Positions 23,191 to 32,988 of a stretch of DNA of 38,801 nt are shown here, piece after piece (position 1 is the stretch's first letter; each line of letters opens with the position of its first letter). The position numbers were made by a program, and so were the translations under genes. The notes under the pieces were generated by a model. The model was not told the DNA's origin. It worked only from the letters and a program-made list of their open reading frames with translations, and searched no databases. The DNA comes from Phoronis australis. Its lineage: Eukaryota; Animalia; Phoronida. The stretch covers positions 20,363 to 59,163 of the forward strand of contig NMRA01000366.1 in NCBI GenBank assembly GCA_002633005.1. Direction: 5' to 3'.

Positions 23191-23975
23191 CGCCATCCAT
23201 GGCCTAGCCAGCCAGCTAGCTGTACGAAGACTATCGTCAAAATACAGCTAGGTACCACTGTGTCTTTCATAGACCCCGAAACTGCACACAGCCAGGGTAG
23301 TTCTGCTCGTTACCTCGCCATGAAACCTGTATCAACATCTAGAGCTAAAGACCGGATGGGGTGCATGCAAAATCTGGGAATCAAACAACACTCACCTTCC
23401 CCGTTACAGCCATTTAAATGGAAAACAATCTAATAAACGTCATTTCTTGCATAATCCATCACCTTTTCTAACAAAGAAAAGTTATGTCGTCATTTTGAAA
23501 ACAATACGCTCGTAACATGCGCACGCGCCGTTTCCTAAATTTTTGCAAAATCTCTCAGGAGATGATGAAATCTTGGCAGGAGCAAAATTTTTCCGAAATT
23601 TGATTTCCTGGTATCAAACTTCCAAAAGCTTATAATGAAGTGAAACCAGATCCAATAATTTTTAGTGACGTGTACGCAACCTTATGAAAGAAGAACAGTT
23701 GATTGAAGAATTGGCAAAAAAAGAAACTGGCCAATAGGTGACGCAATATTTCAAGGCGCTGAAAGCCGTCGCTAAAAATCGCTTCACAACGCTTCATAAC
23801 GGTAGAACGCCAATTATTCCAAAACCAGATAATAATTTTATTTATTCAAATAAGTTTGTAGTTTTGAATGACACTAATTTTGTGTCATATTTTATCTGGT
23901 CATTTTTTACCCACATCGGCGCAAAAGCTGTATAAGTGTATATTTAGTATACAGCTTTGTACGAACCACAGGCGT

Positions 23976-24658
23976 CCTCAGCTTCTGATCGTCCCCAATA
24001 CACTATATAGTACTACAAGGTATGACACTTCGGACTAGAAATTCCATGGGTGCTTCACTTCAGCCGTCCATAGCAAACATAAAACTCAATAAATTTACAC
24101 AAAACAGAGGTTCAACAAACCATGAAGAATTGTTCTTTCTCTCAATACCATTTACGGTGTCCTGCTCCACCGAGTTCGCAAAAAATTCACAGTCAAAGCA
24201 CAAAAATCTTCCCAAAAAGCTCGTCCGGAGCAACTCCTTGGTCCCACGAGCACGGTACGGAATTATCCGATGAGTTACATATGTACGGCAATTGCCGATT
24301 CATCACGGAAAGTCACAACATCGATAACTCGGCAATTGCCGTTCATCCGTAACTCATCGGATAATTCCGTACCCTGCGTGTGGGACCAAGGAGTTGTTCT
24401 GGACGAGCTTTATGGGAAGGTTTTTGTGCTTTGACCGCGAATTTCTTGCGAACTCGGTGGAGGACACCGTAAATGGTTGTGGGAGAAAGAAAAATTCTTC
24501 ATAATTTGTTGAACCTTTGCTTTGTGTAAATTTATTGAGTTTTATGTTTGTTATGAACGGCTGAAGTGAAGCACCCGTGGAATTTCTAGTCCGGAGTGTC
24601 ATACCTTGTAGTATATCATAGTGACGTGTACTGTATTGGGGACGATCGGAAGCTGAGG
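23976..24658. mobile_element. Long foldback/MITE, arms about 320 bp around a loop of about 30 bp
   Basis: cctcagcttctgatcgtccccaatac...ccgatgagttac...cggcaattgccga pairs with tcggcaattgccg...gtaactcatcgg...gtattggggacgatcggaagctgagg. The mirror ORFs 24022+ and 24770- confirm the inversion. Confidence 0.9.
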
Positions 24659-24778
24659 CCGTGAGACTGAGGCCGAGGCCAGGGCAGGGGGCCTGTGATA
24701 TCACCGACGGTTTAAGCTGCAAATTTCTTTCCCGGCATTTGACAGAAATGTGCAACTGATCTGTAAACAAATGCCTAC

Positions 24779-24838
24779 CTCCTTCTTTGTGTCAGGTACG
24801 CTTGTTCGTTCATCTCCTTTGCGATTTCTCAACTGCAT
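24779..24838 (-). CDS. Alpha/beta-hydrolase-fold protein, coding exon 1 (start codon)
   Basis: agaATG at 24838. MQLRNRKGDERTSVPDTKKE|gtaggc with a phase-0 join. The basic M.LRNRK N-terminus is typical of type II membrane proteins, and the context is CpG-rich. The full CDS is 1206 nt (401 aa plus stop). Confidence 0.75.
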
Positions 24839-24854
24839 TCTGTTCATAAATAAA

Positions 24855-25000
24855 CATCAGCACGCGTACGCGTGTCGCTTCGAACAGGAAGTATACCGCA
24901 ATATTTGTTCTTCTGCAATAAAGAACTCCACTCCGTGTTGGCCAGTGTACGGTCTATGTGGGCTGATACCAAAAGCCGTGTTTACGTACGCTCTCTGCTG
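24855..25000 (-). promoter_or_regulatory. Probable promoter/5' UTR of the hydrolase-fold gene
   Basis: Locally CpG-rich, with a perfect 14-bp palindrome CACGCGTACGCGTG (24861-24874) and an ETS-like CAGGAAGT next to it, just upstream of the ATG. Confidence 0.4.
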
Positions 25001-25009
25001 CTCAGATAC

Positions 25010-25482
25010 CTGTGCCCGGTTCCATGAAACAGTCCCAAATAGGGATTCAACTAAGTTCCCTAAATCTATTGCGTATTTGTGGGCTTTTGAAAACATTCAT
25101 TGCCCTTTCTTGTATTGCTTTAGTTTCATTACTAAGTCAACTTTTGACTTTGATACAAATCGAGAGTAAATTCTACGGTTGAATTGCCAATATTACGAAA
25201 ATAATTAAGAGATATTTTCGTACAACACCCCCAATTAGGACTGAGATCCTATTTGTATTCAATGAACTCCTCTGGGCTCAGTTTTTAGTTATATTATTAG
25301 AAAATGTCATTAATCAAGGAGCTCATAATAAAGATAAAATCAATATATAGAAAAATATTGCATCTGTGAGTCCATAAAGACACAAATACTCAAAAAAGAA
25401 TTTGGGACCTTAGTTGAGTCCTCAAAGACCTCTCTACGGTCTCTGGAGTTCCTATTTGGGACTGTTTCATAACCGGCCACAG
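25010..25482. mobile_element. MITE, Harbinger/PIF-like termini
   Basis: ctgtgcccggttccatgaaacagtcccaaatagg pairs with cctatttgggactgtttcataaccggccacag; inner arms ttcaactaagttccc / gggaccttagttgag. Confidence 0.7.
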
Positions 25483-25544
25483 AGATCGTATTCGTCAGAC
25501 TTTTCCGATTTGCCGGCTGAAAAAGGTTTGAACTGATCAAGGGA

Positions 25545-25693
25545 ATTAGTTTATTAATTTATGTATTTGTGAATATTTGTATGTAGATTTCTTTGTATTT
25601 GTTTAGCTCACTGTAGATACAATGCCTCTTGGCGTTTTCTGGGTCTGTATATTTATTGTACTGACTATTTCATAATAAACATTCAAAAAAAAA
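25545..25693 (+). mobile_element. Possible 5'-truncated non-LTR retroelement 3' tail
   Basis: T-rich UTR-like text ending aataaacattc followed by an A9 run; no target-site duplication found. Confidence 0.35.
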
Positions 25694-27254
25694 TCCACTG
25701 GACTGCGAAAAGTTTTTAAAATAAATGTTTCATTTGGCAATACATGCTATTTCACGCTGTCCGTGTAGTTTTTCAGATTCAGTTTATTGTGTCCACTGAG
25801 AACTTCGGCCTCGGGCCCGGCTACGATGGAGTTAATTCCGGCAATTAACTGATTAGAAGCAAAACTCTACGACAGCTGGGGGGGGGGNTTTTCACCAAAA
25901 CTTCCTACAAATCATTACAGAGTTAGTCTCTTGGCGCCCGGCCGGCCGTAGTAATGTTCCCGCTGCCCCTCAGTAAATTATAAAGTCGCCAGTCAGTACA
26001 GGCCTCGGCGCGAGCTTCAGTGTCTCGGTCTATACAGAACGCAGTGGATCGAGTCACTGCATGATAATATGAATTGAAAAGTCGGTGCCCAGCCGCGTTC
26101 TGTTGCCTTACTGGTCTTGACTGGATTAGCTTGACTCCAATTATGGCCAATAATCGTGTTTTGTTGTCATTCATTTTCATTTCTACTTTTTCATTTGCTT
26201 CTGACCTCCTTGTTAGAGGTCTAAAATCTTTAGAAAGTCTATTAATTATTAATTAGCAACTTATTAAACATTGTATTATGTCCGGGAAGGGACCCTCGGG
26301 CTTCCGGGATCCTGTTCTTAGCTCAAGCGACAAAAACATCACGAGAAGACACAAGCAGACGCCTTTCCATTTTGTAATTCGTCTGTAGTCAGACAGCTGG
26401 GCGCATTCAGTTTGACATTAAATTTCATTACCAATTTCTCCTCATTGTTTGTGATATAGAATCCCTCTCCTCCCTTTCGTAAAAATCTGAATCCAGCTAC
26501 AATAAGGGAAAATGCTGTAGCTTGTGTGGGTTATATTCTACCCTAGACCAGGCCTACTTGTTACTTATAGTTAATGATTCTTTTAGGATTATCGTATAGC
26601 GGTCGCCGCCATCACCCGAAGTCAGTGCAACATCTTCTGAGGATCAGCTGGACCATAGTATTACTCCGAGCCAGAAAATTACCGTAATCATCTTCATCTT
26701 AAAGACCTGTGTCAAATTTGGCATGAGTGAGCAACAATGGAAGGCCACTCCAAAGGCTCATTGTTACGATGCTCGTACATGTGATATGGGCCGTGTACGC
26801 CCATTTCCTACCTGTAATACAACGCCGCACGCTGATAGCTTCATCGAACGCGACCAACGAGCGCCTATACAACCCGGCGTCAAATATTCTAGACATAAGT
26901 TATCAACATCTATTAACGTATGATGGAATCTTCTTTGTTCTCACACAATCGTACACGAGGTGCCATTACGGTAGGCCCTTGCACCGCAGCCGACCTCGGC
27001 AACTTGACTTCATTGTTCTGTGTGTTCCACTCATATCGATTCAAGTAGCGACGTTAATCTATTTGCTTGATCACAGTTCATAAAACAAGCAAAAACATCA
27101 CAAGTGTAAAATTGCCAGTACAATGTTTTCGTTTTAGTCAGTAGGGAAACATATATGAATAAATAAAGCTGCAAATTAGTAAACAAATTAAGAAGAACAG
27201 GTATATATATATCGATATTTCATCCTCCCTAAAACCTGTTTGGTGGACTAATGA

Positions 27255-27489
27255 CAGAGGAGGATCTAGGGGAGGGGGGTACAGGGGGTTTAAACCCATC
27301 CCCCTGGACAGGATCAAAAATAAAAATTAAAAAACGTCACCACTGGCAGGAAAACGAAATGAGCTACAAAACAAAAAATGGCTTACACGGGAAGGCGGAA
27401 ACTCCCTCCCGACCTCCACCCACTAGGGGCTACGCGCCTTGGATTCCCGCGAATCCTAACCCCCCCCCCCCCNCATGGATCTGCCACTG
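27255..27489. mobile_element. Short MITE with CAG(t/a)GGCGGATC-type TIRs and 5-bp TSD AATGA
   Basis: aatga|cagaggaggatc ... gatctgccactg|aatga. Confidence 0.8.
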
Positions 27490-28075
27490 AATGAGCTAGT
27501 CGCCCATAAAAACTTAATTAGACCTGTATATTGGACTGCTTTCAGAGATAAAGTCTAGTTACTAAAGAATATCAACCAAATGAGGGGGTGATTAAAGTTT
27601 TTAAGAAGCTTATATTCAATTATTTTTGTAAAAGAGTCCTTGAAACAAGCGGCGCGTTCAGACGGGCCATCACACCCTCCAAACGCTCATTTAAGTGATT
27701 TTGCGCAGCATCGCAACGTTACTCCACATTGCTCATCAGATGTCGCTAAATCATGTCATTGATCCACAGGTGCCCGGATGGATGTAAAAGCTTGTTTTGT
27801 GATTGGTTGATATGCCGTGTGTATGTAATGAGGTGGATGGGCAGAGTATTTTTACTTCGCTGGAGTTTCCTCTCTTTTCTGACATCACACTGTGGACATA
27901 CTGATAGAAACGATGTTCAGGGCTTGATAGACGACTGGCAAGCACTACAGGCTATGCAATTGGGATAAAACGTCTACATGTTTAACGTTTGTGATGTTTT
28001 TCCAACGTACAACTTTGCTGCCAGTCTGCGCCTGCGGTGAATTTGCTCTGAACGATCGATAATATTAGTAACATC

Positions 28076-28203
28076 ATGAGTCGTAGACCTTCTTTGCCAC
28101 CCTTGCCCGATCTGAGCCACCTCTCAGAGGAGGAGAGAAAGATCATCGAATCTGTTCTTGAAAGACAGAGGGAAGAAGAAGAAAAGGAACAAGAACTTCT
28201 CAG
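28076..28203 (+). CDS. RIMS: RIM/UNC-10 (regulating synaptic membrane exocytosis protein), first coding exon (missed by the ORF track)
   Basis: atcATG...AG|gttagt. MSRRPSLPPLPDLSHLSEEERKIIESVLERQREEEEKEQELL matches the RIM Rab3-binding helix 'MPDLSHLTEEERNIIMAVMDRQKEEEEKE'. No further exon recognised before the window end. Confidence 0.92.
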
Positions 28204-29913
28204 GTTAGTGGTTTTTGTCGGCTGCTGTTTTTCACATAGGCCGCCATGATGACGTTATCGTCGGTCATAGCCATCATTGACACATCCATCCATTCATTGC
28301 CATTCGCGTTGCTTAATCAATCACTCTTTGGAGGGTCATTCAAAACATTAATGTTACAATGTTTCTCAAGTCTACGGGACAGCAAGAGTGTGTTTTAACA
28401 GCAAGTATTCAGTCACCCGATTGCTTGAAGTTGAATCAGCTGATCGGCCCGTATACAGTCAACACGTAGCCCCTTGCCCTTGGTTGGTTGGTCGGTTAGC
28501 TGGTTATACCTTCAGCATTCAGGGTGCTGTAATTACCTTATCGGCCCAATGTAATGGTAGTACCATTGGCTTGCACAATGCATGAATTTTCTAAAAGCCA
28601 AGAAGTGTACAATCACCTGCAGTTAATTTTGTTGAAAGTTGGAATAGTTGCTGTGTATTATTCAATTAATTACTTTCACGTTCTTTTGATATCTGGACTC
28701 GAAGCAAGTTACCCTAGAGTCTGTGGTCTACTGCCTTTTTCTAACAGCACACATCTCAACTACTGGTCACAGAGGTTGCTGTGAATGAACTGTTGGTGAA
28801 ATGTGCAAAAACGTTGTGCTGCAGCCGACCGAGTGTAGGGTACCTTGTTTTTGTTTTTAAGTCGAGGTATGAAAAGAACGTGATTTCAGACCTCAGATCT
28901 CTCATCATCTTTATGGATATTTTATACACGAATTGAAGGAGGTATCGTTTGTTAATTTCTGATGAATAGTTTTGGGGGTTATGGAGGGACCCATGTATCT
29001 TGACAATTACCAGCATCTCCCAAGAACAATTCTTAAGGTCGTAAAAGGTATCCATGTAACCTTTAAAAGTGGCATTCCGCTGGTTTTTTTTTTAGTTGTG
29101 TTCGTAGAGAGACCACAGCATCCCATGGGTTTCCTTGAACCCACCTACCATATGTAGTAAAACTTGTTGGACCCACCTCATCACTCGGATTTTGCTTGAA
29201 GACTACAATTCATCTTCATGTGTTGAAAATATCAACTTTCTTCATAGGGATATTTGGTCTTCCAAATTAAGACTACAGTCTTCTTACCCGTTACTAAATT
29301 GAAATTGGTAAACAAATTTGCCTGGAATTCTGCTGGCAGTCAATTTCCTCCTTGGCAACTGAACCTTCGACAAACAACCGAAATGGTTGTTCTGATTGAA
29401 GCAATAGTGGCCTTCAAGTTCAATTGCGAAGCATAGAAATCATTTCTAAACTGAGGATAGAACAAGATCCCATCGTGATTTCATTACAGTAATTGGCCAA
29501 AACAGATAAAATCTCCCAGACCTGTTGGATTCAACTTGTACCAGTTTTACTGTATAGCAGTAAAGGTATTTCATTCCAAGTGTCACGATAGTTAGCAACG
29601 GTTTGCAGTGTTCATCATTAATGTCAACTTTTTTGTTTGAGATAAATAATCCCTTGTACATTGTATTGTGGATGTGTGTAAAAGGGAAATATGCTGCCAT
29701 GTCCCTGTCACCTTCCAAGACAACTCATATACACACGTAACTCTGTTCTGTGTGTTTACCTATCAAACACCATGCTCTGAAGGCTATTCATGTATCCAAC
29801 TGCCTTGAAACTTCAGTCTCTGGTTCATACGGACAACTGAAATTTGTTGGGGCATTAGCTATTCAAACATGTATCATACTCTTCGTTTTAGTGAAACTGT
29901 CTTGAACATTATT

Positions 29914-30039
29914 CAGGGGTGGATTCAGGATTGTTTAAAAGGTCCAAGTCGACAATTTGAAAGTTCTAAATTTTATATCACTAAAATCAAGGGGTAATGG
30001 AGGGTCAGGACCCCCGTGACCCCCTTCTATCCACCTATG
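29914..30039. mobile_element. Same MITE type, 5-bp TSD TTATT
   Basis: ttatt|caggggtggat ... atccacctatg|ttatt. Confidence 0.7.
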
Positions 30040-30194
30040 TTATTGAATGATTATATTTTTACTGCTGTATCGTGAGTACCGCAATGGTTAAAGTGCCAAT
30101 AAACCCGCGGTTTGTCGAAAATTTTTTGATTCATACTGGCCACGTACCGCTATAAAATGAGTTTCAACTTGTTCCTTACTCAGATCAGAGCTGA

Positions 30195-31228
30195 TTTTTA
30201 TGTACCCACATATACATAATGTAGGTGCATATTGCCGTCATCTCTGTGTGGGCGTCCAGCCTCCACAGCTGTATCTCTTAAACCCCTTGTAGGGCAGATG
30301 ATGACGAATTTCGAGTTGATCCGTCTACCGCTGTGTCCCCTAGTGGCAATTTTATTTTTTGTTACATTTGCAAATGTAACTTCGGAATTCCTTGATGGAT
30401 TTTCATGTAAAATTTGGCAAATAGGTTAATACCTTCCCATTAGTTTTCAGACTGATTCGACATATTCTGCACCACCTAGTGGACATTTTAGAAAATTTTG
30501 AGTCTGTTTTTGCTGTCTGATTCTCTATCCGTCAAACCGCTTGGAATGATCATGAGATTATGAAAATTGGCAGACATGTTTCTGATGAGAAGAATGCATT
30601 TGATGTTGATTTTTGGACAGGTTCGACTATTTTGGCACTCCCTGGTGGTGATCTTTTGCGTATCAGCTTAACCCTCTGCAGGATCTTTTTGAAATTTGAC
30701 AAACATGTTCTTATGGAGGTGATAATGAATGGCGACAAGTTTCAGTACAGTCCAGCTATTGTTGTGTCCCCTGGTGGCAATTTTAGTTTACCTGTGTATC
30801 GTTGGAGTTCGCTGATGGATTTTTGTGAAATTTGAGAAATAGGTTTCTATTAAGAAGATGATGAGGTGTTTTTATTTTGGGACGGATTTTATGTATTTTT
30901 GTGGCACCTAGTAGACATTTTTCCAAGTCCATCTCTGTATCGGCCAAATTGCTCAAAGGATCATTTTAAAAACTTAGCTGATGTGTCCCTGATGAGAAAT
31001 CTGTGGCTGACGTTGATTTTTGGATAGGTCTGACAGTGTCACCCTCTAGTGGTGATTTTGTCTTTTCGCGTCTGCAAACCCCCTTGCATGGTCTTCTGGG
31101 AGTTTGGCAGGTGTAATGTCCTATTAATTTGACAACAGGTAGACAGATTAGACTAATAAAAACCCCTAAAGTTTACCATTTGCGGTTCAGTCGTGGGCAC
31201 GTTGTATCTTGCGGCTTTACTGTTTGTC
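30195..31228 (+). mobile_element. Second, more diverged HINE-like element related to 7996-9057
   Basis: The 5' end gatttttatgtacccacatat...tgtaggtgcat..tgccgtcatctctgt parallels 7995-8047. About six internal units with cct(a/g)gtgg cores (near 30339, 30475, 30641, 30769, 30908, 31044). Degenerate 3' sub-TIR gtgggcacgt near 31193. Confidence 0.75.
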
Positions 31229-31416
31229 TTGAAAAGAACTGTGAGTTCGAACCTCCTCGAGACTGTGCTCGACAAAAAATGACATGTCGTGGCAAGTTGT
31301 TCCTTCCAAGCATAGAAATTGCATCAGTTTGACCAGGGAACAATTTGAAAAGGAAATTTGTTAGTGATGGTAAGTGATCTAAATCAAAAGCTGTTTTTGT
31401 GACAGGGCAATAGTGG

Positions 31417-31505
31417 GATATAACGTGCCTGTATTTTGAGAACCAGTTTAATGCCCGTTACTCAGTGGAAAAAAACTGGTTCTCAAAATTTGGGCACGTT
31501 ATATC
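31417..31505. repeat. Short inverted repeat/hairpin (MITE core)
   Basis: gatataacgtgcc...ttttgagaaccagttt pairs with aaactggttctcaaaa...ggcacgttatatc. Confidence 0.8.
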
Positions 31506-32789
31506 AGACCATTACCACAGAAAGCAGGTTTATAGCCGCTTTGATGAAAAGACAGTAAGAAACCTGTCACACTGTTTTAACCTTTTTCTGACAGGTCGTT
31601 AATAAATTTTACAGTTAACATTTCTGTCGTTGAATTACACTTCTGTTCCTAAACAATATTATGGATTTTCCCACCTGTAATAATTTCACTGGTAGCTCCA
31701 AGATTATCACTCAACTTCAAACTGCTTTCCCACTGAACTTTTATTCACCCGCGTGACATTCTTTACTGACCGCAAGCAGCTTACCTTCAGTGGGAATGGT
31801 CAGTTACCCCCCTATGGTGTTAAATTTATTTCTCTTCAGAACATGGAATTAGTGACTGGCAAAAGATTTAATCCATCTGCTAATTATGAATACCGTAGTA
31901 AAATTGCCGTGAAAGTTTGACGAAAGTTTTTGCGTGAGCGTCATCAGTTTAGAACCATTGCAACAGTCTCAGTTATCAGATTTTGTTAGCTGTGCATTGT
32001 GTCTTGCTGTAAAAAGTATCGCAATTTCCTAGATTGTCGTTTACTTGGTATCGAGTTGAAGGGATGAAAACAGTTCTGTGATCCCACCTCTAAATGCTGC
32101 ATTGCAACACTGCAAACTCTTGTCCCAGACCAGTAGACATCAAACCCGAGGTATAGACCTGCGCCTCAAAAACTCCACATCTGCGCCGAAAATATTTAGT
32201 ACACGATAGCTTAACTCCAGTTCCAGGATCAGATTCCATGGCCATGGCTCTCAAGTTCAGTTGCATACTTGTGTCTGTGAAATTATTGTGGGTGGTAAAA
32301 CTCCCATATTGATCAGGCTCAAGACCTCAATCCAAAGACATAAATTTCTACTCAGTTATCAAAAATAACACTTCCACTTGTTGGCCATATTCATGAGATT
32401 TTAACTCATGCTGTGGCGGTAGTTGTAGGTGACACATATATCGGTCGCACATAATCACAGCGCCCAACAGTTGTTGCTTCGTATGTTCATCCTACTGTTA
32501 CCTTGATGGCACCTTCCGTTGCGATTCTGCTGCGACCGATATCAATCGCGTTGAATATTTTTTGCCATCCATGACCCCAGAATGGAATTTGCATTCCATT
32601 GGCCTCGTCTCGCAGGTATGCACTTTGGCACACTCTTATTTTGAAGCATGATTTATTATATGTGAAATATCAGCTGATGTGATGAAGCTGGTTGCAGTTT
32701 GAGAGCGGTTTCCACGTTCTTTATGCCTTGCTTGAGAATGTGAGTCAGGAAAATTGTCTGTTGAGAGGGTAGAATATTGTCCTTGGAAA

Positions 32790-32988
32790 CAGAGGCGGAT
32801 CTAGGATATCGTGAGGGTGGCTTTACAGTTTTCATTTGGCGATATCTGCACCTGCTCTCAACACACACACAGAAGTGCAGGCCCACCATTAACCGCATCA
32901 TAATAAATGTTAAAATGTATTTCTCTGTCATTTTTACTATGTGGCCAAGGGGGCAGGCGGGCCCCCCGCCCCTCTTAATCCGGTACTG
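32790..32988. mobile_element. Same CAG-GGCGGATC MITE type, imperfect 5-bp TSD (GGAAA/GGAAG)
   Basis: ggaaa|cagaggcggat ... atccggtactg|ggaag. Confidence 0.65.

Noticed and set aside
24022-24770. Two similar ORFs on opposite strands (MTLRTRNS...GIIR) resembling paralogous genes
   Set aside because: A by-product of the long inverted repeat; an indel and lack of domain features argue against coding.
26699-27083. Overlapping 65-118-aa ORFs in the intergenic region
   Set aside because: No recognisable homology or convincing splice structure.
31236-31270. gagttcgaacc resembling a tRNA T-loop or B-box
   Set aside because: No cloverleaf, A-box or acceptor stem could be built.
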